A stretch of DNA of 64,000 nt from Thermodesulfobacteriota bacterium (GTDB lineage Bacteria; Desulfobacterota; Desulfobacteria; Desulfobacterales; SURF-7), in contig JBMORA010000025.1 of the NCBI GenBank assembly GCA_049320885.1, positions 32,001 to 96,000 on the forward strand, given 5' to 3'. The notes beneath the pieces are model-generated. The model saw only the letters and a list, made by a program, of their open reading frames with translations. It was not told the origin of the DNA and ran no database searches. The position numbers and the translations under genes are program-made. This document shows, one piece after another, positions 1 through 7,831 of the stretch. Positions within the stretch are counted from its first letter, which is position 1. The number at the start of each line of letters is the position of its first letter.

Positions 1-224
1 ACTACGAGGCCAGGCTGAACGGAATCCTTTCCGACCATCCCCTGACAACCGTCTGCCAGTATGACGCCAGGCGCTTCGACGGGGCCCTGATCATGGACAT
101 GCTCAGCGTCCATCCCATGATGATCGTCCGCGGCCAGCTGGTCAAAAACCCCAGTTATGTGGAACCGGAAATTTTCCTCAAGGAATACCGGGAACGTATG
201 GCCCGCAATACCGCGAAAGGATGA
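1..224 (+). CDS. MEDS (DcmR-type sensory) domain protein, 3' part only
   Basis: Not in the ORF track. Frame 3 reads YEARLNGILSDHPLTTVCQYDARRFDGALIMDMLSVHPMMIVRGQLVKNPSYVEPEIFL..., stop TGA at 222-224. The YE..LN / CQYD..RF / HP..I.RG...NP.Y pattern is typical of MEDS domains. Confidence 0.75.
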   Translation, partial: YEARLNGILSDHPLTTVCQYDARRFDGALIMDMLSVHPMMIVRGQLVKNPSYVEPEIFLKEYRERMARNTAKG

Positions 225-228
225 TGCC

Positions 229-1935
229 TTGAATTCGGAAACACTGGGCCGGCTGCTGCTGCTGCAGAGCACCATCCACGTCATGCGGGGCAATGAGGCC
301 ATGGCGCGTTTCGCCTGCCGGGGCTTGTCCGGGATTCCCGGTTTCGAGTCCACCGCCATGTTCATCGCCGGCCGATATTATACCGAAGGTGACGGTTTAT
401 GCATCCCGGAAGAGGAATGCCGCGGGTTGCACCACCGCCTGGCCGACCCGAACTTCCGGCGGACCGACCGGGAACGCTGCCTGAAGGAATTCGAGACCCG
501 GCATGGCGTCCGGTGCCTGCTCATCGAAACCAGTTTCTCCCTGTATGGTTTTCTGGTCGTGCCGCAGCCCGACGCCGGGCGTCCGGAAGACATCCTGCCC
601 TACGTCCGGAATTCCCTGAATCTCATCGCCCTGATCATCGAAAACAACCGGCAACAGGAAGAACTGCTCCGCAGCAAGCAGGAACTGGAGGCAGCCGTTG
701 CGGCGCGCACCCGGGAGCTGGAAACCGCCAACCGGGAACTAACGGCGGAAATCGCCGAGCGCCGGCGGGCCGAACAGGAACGCAAAGCCCTCCAGGATCA
801 ATTGATCCAGTCCCAGAAACTAGAGTCCATCGGCCGCCTGGCCGGAGGCGTGGCCCATGATTTCAACAATATGCTGGCGGTGATTCTCGGCAATACCGAA
901 ATGCTGCTGGAAGCCCTGGAACCATCGGATCCGCGGCGTTCGGAACTGGAGGAAATCAAAAAAGCCGCAACTCGATCGGCGGATCTCACCAGTCAATTGC
1001 TGGCCTTTGCCCGCAAGCAGCTGGTGAAACCCAGGATACTGGACTTGAACCGGACCATCGCGGGCATGCTGAAAATGCTCGGCCGCCTCATCGGCGAAAA
1101 CATCGCGCTGGAGTGGCGGCCGGGAGCGGATTTGTGGCCGGTGAGGATCGATCCGGCCCAGGTGGATCAACTCATCGCCAATCTGTGCCTCAACGCCCGC
1201 GACGCAATCTCCGGCGAGGGCCGCATCGCCATCGCCACCGGGAACATCCGGCCGGAAACGGCGGGCGGCGACCGTCCCATAGCGCCTTCCGGCGACCATG
1301 TCGTCATAACCGTGACCGACAACGGCTGCGGCATGGAAACGGCCGTGCTCGCGCACCTCTTCGAACCGTTCTTCACCACCAAGGACGTGGGCAAGGGCAC
1401 GGGCCTGGGACTGGCCACGGTGTATGGAATCGTAAAGCAGAACAACGGCTTTATCACGGTGGACAGTTCGCCCGGTGCGGGGGCGACCTTCCGGATTTAC
1501 CTGCCGCGGTATCCGTTCCCGGCCGATGACGGGCAGACCGCGCCCCGGACAAAAGTCCTGCCGGGACGCAATGAGGTCATTCTCCTGGTGGAGGATGAAC
1601 CCGCGATCCTGAGCACCGGCAAGGCCATGCTGGAAAAACTCGGCTACTGCGTCTTGTGCGCCAGCACGCCCGGCCAGGCCCTGCAACTGGCGCAGCGCCA
1701 CAACGGCACGATCCACCTGCTGATGACCGACGTCATCATGCCCGAGATGAACGGCCGGGATCTGGCGAAAAAAATGCTGGCATTCCAACCGCATCTCAAG
1801 CATCTGTTCATGTCCGGCTACTCCGCCGACATCATCACCCATCACGGAGCATTGGACGACGGCATCCAATTCATCCAGAAACCATTCACCAAACAGGAAC
1901 TCTCCGTCAAAATCAGGGCCGTGCTCGATCAATAG
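229..1935 (+). CDS. Hybrid sensor histidine kinase/receiver with an atypical N-terminal input region
   Basis: H-box AHDFNN, N-box NARDA, FFTTK..GKGTGLGL and a C-terminal receiver (LLVEDE, MTDVIMP, QKPF). Likely start is TTG 229, just after the upstream stop; the ORF track begins at 157. Confidence 0.9.
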   Translation: MNSETLGRLLLLQSTIHVMRGNEAMARFACRGLSGIPGFESTAMFIAGRYYTEGDGLCIPEEECRGLHHRLADPNFRRTDRERCLKEFETRHGVRCLLIETSFSLYGFLVVPQPDAGRPEDILPYVRNSLNLIALIIENNRQQEELLRSKQELEAAVAARTRELETANRELTAEIAERRRAEQERKALQDQLIQSQKLESIGRLAGGVAHDFNNMLAVILGNTEMLLEALEPSDPRRSELEEIKKAATRSADLTSQLLAFARKQLVKPRILDLNRTIAGMLKMLGRLIGENIALEWRPGADLWPVRIDPAQVDQLIANLCLNARDAISGEGRIAIATGNIRPETAGGDRPIAPSGDHVVITVTDNGCGMETAVLAHLFEPFFTTKDVGKGTGLGLATVYGIVKQNNGFITVDSSPGAGATFRIYLPRYPFPADDGQTAPRTKVLPGRNEVILLVEDEPAILSTGKAMLEKLGYCVLCASTPGQALQLAQRHNGTIHLLMTDVIMPEMNGRDLAKKMLAFQPHLKHLFMSGYSADIITHHGALDDGIQFIQKPFTKQELSVKIRAVLDQ

Positions 1936-4878
1936 ATGCAACGAGGTTCCGTGATGCCCCTCCAGACGCCAAAAAAACTCCTGTGGACCTTCGTCCTCCT
2001 GCTTTTCATCGGCGGAGGCTCCCCGCCCGGGACGAAGGCGGCAGACAGCCCTGCCGCCCCCCGGCGCACCCTCAGGGCCGCCAGCGAACTGGACTATCCG
2101 CCCTTCGCCCTGGTCCGGAAAGATGGCGCGGCCGACGGGTTCTCCGTGGAGCTGCTGCAAGCCGTTGCCCATGCCGTCGGGCTCGATGTCGCCGTCGACG
2201 TCGGTCCCTGGCATGTCATCAAGCAGCAGCTGGCGGACGGACACCTGGATGTGCTGCCGCTGGTGTCCTACTCGGCGGAACGGGATCGGGTCTTCGATTT
2301 CACCAGTCCCTATCTGCGCATGCATGGAAGCATTTTCGTGCGCAGGGAGGAAACCGCCATCCGGGCGGAAGCCGACCTGCGCGGCAGGGAAGTCCTGGTG
2401 ATGCGCGGTGACACGGCCCATGAATACGCCCTGAAAAACGAACTCACGGACCACCTGATCCTCACCGATACCTATGAGGAGGCCTTCCGCCTGTTGTCTT
2501 CCGGCAGACACGACGCCGTGATCGTGCAGCAGGTCGTGGGTTTCCAGATCATGAAAAAACTGGGCATCGACAACCTCACGGCCGTCGGTTCCGGTCAGGA
2601 AACCAGCCTGAAACCCATGGCCCGCCCCCTGTCCGGCTTTGAGCAGAAGTTCTGCCTCGCCGTCCGGGACGGCGATGCGGAGCTCCTGGCCCTGTTGAAC
2701 GAAGGCCTCTCCATCGTCATCGCCAGCGGCGCCTACGACCGGCTGTACGCCAAATGGTTCGAACCCATCCTGCCCAAACCGCCGCTGCCCGTCTCCGTGA
2801 TCCTGACCTATCTGCTGGCGGTTCTCGGCCCCCTGATCTTCCTGTCGGCTCTGGCCGTGCTCTGGTATCTGAAACGGGAAGTCGCCCGGCGCACCCGGTC
2901 CCTCCGGGAGGAAATCCTTGAACGCCGGCGCAGCGAGGAAGCCCTTGCCGCCAGCCGCGAGCAGTTCATGCTGGCGGTGAAGGGAACCCAGGACGGCATC
3001 TGGGACTGGGATTTGCGGACCAACAGCCTCTATCTCTCGCCCCGCTGGAAAGCCATCATCGGGTACGGCGACGAGGAACTGGCCAACACCTTCGAAACCT
3101 TTGAAAGCCATTTACATCCCGATGACAGGCCGCGGGTCATGGATTCCGTGGATCGCTACCTGAGAGGGGAAATGCCGGTGTACGCCGTCGAATTCCGCTT
3201 CCGGCACAAGGACGGTTCCCATCGCTGGATTCTGGCCCGGGGGGAAGCCTTGCGGGATGAAAACGGCCGCTCCTATCGCATGGCGGGCTCCCATACCGAC
3301 ATAACGGAGCGCAAGCAATCCGAGGAAGCCCTGCGGGAAAGCGAAAAGCGTTTCCGCCAGGTGTACGAACATGCCGCCGTGGGGCTGGCCCGGGTTTCAC
3401 CCGGATTCCGGATCATGACCGCCAACGAAGCGTATTGCCGCATGCTGGGGTATCCGGAGGAAGAACTGATCGGCAAGCACTTGCAGGACATCACCCATCC
3501 GGAGGTCCTGGAGGAGAACATCCGCAACCAGATCCGGCTCGGCGCAGGGGAAATCGATCATTTCCGCATGGAAAAACGCTTCATTCACAAACAGGGCCAT
3601 ACCATCCACGGGGTCCTGGACGCCAACCTGATCCGGGATGCGGCAGGCCGGCCCCTGTATTTTCTGGGCAGCGTCGTGGATATCACCGACCGCATCCAGG
3701 CTGCGGAAATGCAGGAAAAACTCCAGGACAGGCTCCAGCAGGCCCAGAAAATGGAAGCCATCGGCACCCTGGCCGGCGGCATCGCCCATGATTTCAACAA
3801 TATTTTATTTCCCCTGCTGGGGTTTACGGAGATGCTCCAGGAGGATCTGCCGGCGGGCAGCCCGCTGCACGCCAATGTCCGGGAAATTCTCCAGGCCATC
3901 ATGCGCGCCCGGGATCTGGTCCAGCAGATTCTGGCCTTCAGCCGGCAGTCGGAACTGGAAATCCGGCCCATCCGGCTTCAGCCGGTCCTGAAAGAGGCCC
4001 TCAAGCTGCTTCAGGCCACCATTCCGAAAACCATCCGCTTCTCCCAGACTATCGACGCCGCCTGCGGCATGGTTCTGTGCGACCCGACCCAGGTCCATCA
4101 GATCATCATGAACCTGGCCACCAATGCCTACCATGCCATGGAGGAAACCGGCGGCGAACTCCGGGTCGAGCTGCGGCAGGTCCGGGTGGAGAAACGAGAT
4201 CCGGAGACGGGCGGCATTCCGCCCGGCGACTATGCCCGGCTGACGGTCGCGGATACGGGTGCCGGCATCCCAGGGGAGATCCTCGACAAGGTGTTCGATC
4301 CGTATTTCACCACCAAGGCCCAGCATAAAGGCACCGGCCTGGGGCTTTCGGTGGTCCACGGAATCGTCACACGCTGCCACGGCGAAGTTCGCATCGCAAG
4401 CCCGCCGGGACGGGGAACGACGGTGACGGTCTACCTCCCGGTCATGGCGACGGCCCCGGAAACGGATGCGGAAGCCGAGGTCAAACCCGCGCCGGGGGGC
4501 ACGGAAAGGCTCCTCCTGGTGGACGATGAACCGGCCATCGTACGCATGGAGCAGCAAATGCTGGAACGCCTGGGATATCATGTGACCGCCCGCACCGGAA
4601 GCGTCGAAGCCCTTACGGCCTTCAAAGAGGCGCCCCGAGCCTTCGACCTGGTGATCACGGACATGACCATGCCCAACATGACCGGCATCCAACTGACAGC
4701 GGAGATCAAGGCCATCCGGCCGGACATGCCCGTGATCATCTGCACCGGCTTCAGCGATCAACTGAACGAAGAAAAATGCCGGCTGTCGGGCATCGCGGCC
4801 TACGTGCTCAAACCGCTGATCAAACGGGAAATCGCCGCAGCCATCCGAATGGTTCTGGATGCAGGTGATCCCTGTTGA
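1936..4878 (+). CDS. Hybrid histidine kinase: periplasmic solute-binding (PBPb) domain, TM, 2 PAS, HisKA/HATPase, receiver
   Basis: Signal-like N-terminus, ASELDYPPF SBP motif, TM helix, PAS (GIWDWD), AHDFNN, GTGLGL, LLLVDDE. Confidence 0.93.
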   Translation: MQRGSVMPLQTPKKLLWTFVLLLFIGGGSPPGTKAADSPAAPRRTLRAASELDYPPFALVRKDGAADGFSVELLQAVAHAVGLDVAVDVGPWHVIKQQLADGHLDVLPLVSYSAERDRVFDFTSPYLRMHGSIFVRREETAIRAEADLRGREVLVMRGDTAHEYALKNELTDHLILTDTYEEAFRLLSSGRHDAVIVQQVVGFQIMKKLGIDNLTAVGSGQETSLKPMARPLSGFEQKFCLAVRDGDAELLALLNEGLSIVIASGAYDRLYAKWFEPILPKPPLPVSVILTYLLAVLGPLIFLSALAVLWYLKREVARRTRSLREEILERRRSEEALAASREQFMLAVKGTQDGIWDWDLRTNSLYLSPRWKAIIGYGDEELANTFETFESHLHPDDRPRVMDSVDRYLRGEMPVYAVEFRFRHKDGSHRWILARGEALRDENGRSYRMAGSHTDITERKQSEEALRESEKRFRQVYEHAAVGLARVSPGFRIMTANEAYCRMLGYPEEELIGKHLQDITHPEVLEENIRNQIRLGAGEIDHFRMEKRFIHKQGHTIHGVLDANLIRDAAGRPLYFLGSVVDITDRIQAAEMQEKLQDRLQQAQKMEAIGTLAGGIAHDFNNILFPLLGFTEMLQEDLPAGSPLHANVREILQAIMRARDLVQQILAFSRQSELEIRPIRLQPVLKEALKLLQATIPKTIRFSQTIDAACGMVLCDPTQVHQIIMNLATNAYHAMEETGGELRVELRQVRVEKRDPETGGIPPGDYARLTVADTGAGIPGEILDKVFDPYFTTKAQHKGTGLGLSVVHGIVTRCHGEVRIASPPGRGTTVTVYLPVMATAPETDAEAEVKPAPGGTERLLLVDDEPAIVRMEQQMLERLGYHVTARTGSVEALTAFKEAPRAFDLVITDMTMPNMTGIQLTAEIKAIRPDMPVIICTGFSDQLNEEKCRLSGIAAYVLKPLIKREIAAAIRMVLDAGDPC

Positions 4879-4945
4879 CATTTTTGCCAGAATTTCATTA
4901 GATACCCATAAAAAACAGCTTCATTCAGCAACCGGATACGATTGT

Positions 4946-7342
4946 ATGGCGAGCGACAAGACACCCCATGGCTCCTCCCCGCCCTCCCGCCGCCATGCGG
5001 GGCCCCCGTCAGGGCCCGAAGGCGACTCCGCCGAACGAAAGAAAACGGAACAGGCCCTGCGGGAAAGCGAGGAGCGGTTCCGTTCCCTGGCCGAGCTCCT
5101 GCCGGAAGCCGTCTTCGAGATGGATCTGGAAGGCCGGCTGACCTACGTCAACCGCCTGGCCTTTGAACAATTCCGCTACCCCCTGGAAAGCTTCGAGCAG
5201 GGCCTGAACGCCTTTGACATGATCGTGCCCGAGGATCGCAAGCGGACATTCGAAAATGCCATGCGCATCGTCCATGGCGAGGATATCGGACTCCAGTCCT
5301 ACAAGGGGCTGAAAGCCGACGGCACCGTCTTCCCCATTCTGATCCATGCATCGGCCATCCTCCGGGAAGGAACGGCGGTGGGCATCCGGGGCGTTGTCAT
5401 CGACATGTCCGAACAGCAGAAAGCCAACGAGGAACGCGAAAAAATGTGGCGTCTGCTGGACGCCGCCATTCTGCATTCCCCCGTGGGCATCCTCATCGCC
5501 GACGCCCCGGACGTCACCATCCGGTTCGCCAATCCGGCGGCCCTGGGCATCCGGGGAGGCGACCTCAACTCCCTGACCGATATCGATGTCGGCAGCCACT
5601 CTGCCAGGTGGCAGATCTTCCGGACCGACGGCAGCCCTTTCCCGCCCCAAGACCTGCCCCTATCCCGGGCCGTCCTCAAGGGCGAGATCACCCAGAACCA
5701 GGAAATGACCATCCGGGACGAAAACGGCGGGGACCACCTGATTTCCGCCAATGCCGCGCCCATCTATGATGCGGAAGGCGGCATCACGGCCGGCATCGTC
5801 GTTTTCCACGATATCACGGAACGGAAACGCACCGAAGAGGCCCTGCGCAAAAGCCAGGAAAGAATGGACGCCATTTTCCAGGCCATCGCCGACCCCATCG
5901 TGGTCTACGACAAGCAAGGATTTCCGGAAACCGTCAATCCGGCCTTCACGCAAGTGTTCGGCTGGACCCTGGAGGAATTGCGCGGCCGGCGCATCCCCTT
6001 TGTCCCCGAGGACCAGCAGGAACTGACCTCCCGCCTGATCCGGGAGTTATACGAAACCGGCACACCGGTGCGTTTCGAGACCAAACGCCTGACCAGGGAT
6101 CATCGAATTCTTGACGTCCTCATCGGCGCGGCCATCATCAGGGGGACCGCGGGCGACCATTACGGCATGGTGGTCAATATCAAGGACATCACCGAACACA
6201 AACACCTGGAGGCCCAGTTCCGACAGGCCCAGAAGATGGAGGCCATCGGCACCCTCACCGGCGGCGTGGCCCATGACTTCAACAACCTGCTCATGGCCAT
6301 CCAGGGCCGGATATCCCTGCTGCTGGCGGACATGAAAGGGAACCAACGCCATCTGGAACATCTCCAGGGCATGGAGGAATATGTCGAAAGCGCCGCCACC
6401 CTCACCCGGCAGCTGCTGGGCTTTGCCAAGGGAGGAAAATACGAAACCAAATCCACGGACCTCAATGTCCTGATCCGGGAACAGAACAGTCTGTTCGGCC
6501 GTACCCATAAGGAAATCCGGTTCCATGAAAAATTCAGCGCCGGGCTCTGGAGCGTGGAGCTCGACCGCGGTCAGTTCCAGCAGGTGCTGCTGAATCTCTA
6601 TGTCAACGCCTGGCAGGCCATGCCCGGCGGCGGGGATCTGTTCGTTGAAACCGCCAATTGCCAAATCGACGAAAACCATCTCATGCCCTATGGATTGAAA
6701 CCCGGCCGCTATGTCAAACTGACAGTGACCGACAACGGCATCGGCATGGATCAGGCCATCCAGAGCCGGATATTCGAGCCCTTTTTCACCACCAAGGACC
6801 GGGGACGGGGGACAGGCCTGGGCCTTGCCTCCACCTACGGCATCGTCAAAAATCACGGCGGTTTCATCAATGTCCACAGCGAAAAAGGCGCCGGCGCCAC
6901 CTTCACCATCCATCTGCCCGCCTCGGACAAGCAGGTGGAAACCATCCACAAATTTTCCCTGGAAGTCCTGCGGGGAACGGAAACCATCCTGCTGGTGGAT
7001 GATGAGGCGATGATCATCGATGTCGGCAAACAGCTCCTGGAAACCCTGGGATATACCGTCCTCACCGCCCGGGATGGATACGAAGCCGTCCGGGTGTTCC
7101 GGGACCATCAAGCCGGGATCCGGCTGGTGATCCTGGACATGATCATGCCGGGCATGGGCGGCGGGGAAGTCTTTGACCGGCTCCGGGAATTGAATCCGGC
7201 CGTCCCGGTGCTGCTTTCCAGCGGCTACAGCCTAAGCGGTCAGGCAGCGGAAATACTGAAAAAAGGCTGCAACGGATTTATCCAGAAGCCGTTCAATCTC
7301 TCTGTGCTTTCGCAAAAAATAAGAGAGATCATTACGAATTAG
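4946..7342 (+). CDS. Cytoplasmic multi-PAS hybrid histidine kinase
   Basis: Three PAS/PAC repeats, AHDFNN, GTGLGL and a receiver. Start is probably ATG 4946 (track gives 4859). Ends KIREIITN* inside the heptamer repeat. Confidence 0.92.
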   Translation: MASDKTPHGSSPPSRRHAGPPSGPEGDSAERKKTEQALRESEERFRSLAELLPEAVFEMDLEGRLTYVNRLAFEQFRYPLESFEQGLNAFDMIVPEDRKRTFENAMRIVHGEDIGLQSYKGLKADGTVFPILIHASAILREGTAVGIRGVVIDMSEQQKANEEREKMWRLLDAAILHSPVGILIADAPDVTIRFANPAALGIRGGDLNSLTDIDVGSHSARWQIFRTDGSPFPPQDLPLSRAVLKGEITQNQEMTIRDENGGDHLISANAAPIYDAEGGITAGIVVFHDITERKRTEEALRKSQERMDAIFQAIADPIVVYDKQGFPETVNPAFTQVFGWTLEELRGRRIPFVPEDQQELTSRLIRELYETGTPVRFETKRLTRDHRILDVLIGAAIIRGTAGDHYGMVVNIKDITEHKHLEAQFRQAQKMEAIGTLTGGVAHDFNNLLMAIQGRISLLLADMKGNQRHLEHLQGMEEYVESAATLTRQLLGFAKGGKYETKSTDLNVLIREQNSLFGRTHKEIRFHEKFSAGLWSVELDRGQFQQVLLNLYVNAWQAMPGGGDLFVETANCQIDENHLMPYGLKPGRYVKLTVTDNGIGMDQAIQSRIFEPFFTTKDRGRGTGLGLASTYGIVKNHGGFINVHSEKGAGATFTIHLPASDKQVETIHKFSLEVLRGTETILLVDDEAMIIDVGKQLLETLGYTVLTARDGYEAVRVFRDHQAGIRLVILDMIMPGMGGGEVFDRLRELNPAVPVLLSSGYSLSGQAAEILKKGCNGFIQKPFNLSVLSQKIREIITN

Positions 7343-7364
7343 GAATTACGAATGAAGGATGGGG
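7331..7364 (+). repeat. Heptamer repeat array, left arm (ATTACGA-ATTAGGA-ATTACGA-ATGAAGG-ATGGGG)
   Basis: 7331-7353 attacgaattaggaattacgaat is the exact reverse complement of 7808-7830. Confidence 0.9.
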
Positions 7365-7433
7365 TCATTTTGATGTTCCTGTTCGGGAAATCGGCTGACG
7401 AATTCACTGAAACACAGCACCGGAGATGGGGAA

Positions 7434-7808
7434 ATGAAGGAAAATGTGGTGCAGGTGAAGAGTTATGCGTTCGCGCTGCGAATGATGAAGCTGTATCGCT
7501 GGTTATGTGAGAAAGAAAAGGCGTTTGCGCTTGCCACGCAGGTCCTTCAATCCGGCACATCCATCGGCGCCAACGTGGAAGAAGCCATTGGCGGTCAGTC
7601 CGAGAAAGATTTCAACTCAAAAATGAATATCGCCTACAAGGAGGCCCGCGAAACCCACTATTGGCTGCGCCTGCTTCGTGATTCTGGTATGATGGATGAA
7701 AAAGCGTTCGGTTCGATCATCGCGGATTGCGAGGAACTGATGAAAATCATCGGCTCCATCAACAAGACCATGAAATCAAAAATAAAGACGCAAATCCACA
7801 ATTCCTAA
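7434..7808 (+). CDS. Four-helix-bundle protein (23S rRNA IVP / TIGR02436-like family)
   Basis: 124 aa with KSYAFAL, QVLQSGTSIGANVEEA, S.KDF..K..IAYKEARETHYWLRLL. Visibly more AT-rich than its neighbours. Confidence 0.9.
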   Translation: MKENVVQVKSYAFALRMMKLYRWLCEKEKAFALATQVLQSGTSIGANVEEAIGGQSEKDFNSKMNIAYKEARETHYWLRLLRDSGMMDEKAFGSIIADCEELMKIIGSINKTMKSKIKTQIHNS

Positions 7809-7831
7809 TTCGTAATTCCTAATTCGTAATT
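7800..7831 (-). repeat. Heptamer repeat array, right arm (AATTCCT-AATTCGT-AATTCCT-AATTCGT-AATT on +)
   Basis: Four tandem 7-mers plus a degenerate unit (aatccac, 7793-7799), inverted relative to 7331-7353. Confidence 0.9.

Noticed and set aside
7331..7831. Diversity-generating retroelement, given the Avd-like fold of the four-helix protein
   Set aside because: No reverse transcriptase in the window and no template/variable repeat pair with adenine-specific differences.
7331..7831. 23S rRNA intervening sequence or classical IS element
   Set aside because: The flanks are protein-coding rather than rRNA, there is no transposase, and I saw no clear target-site duplication.
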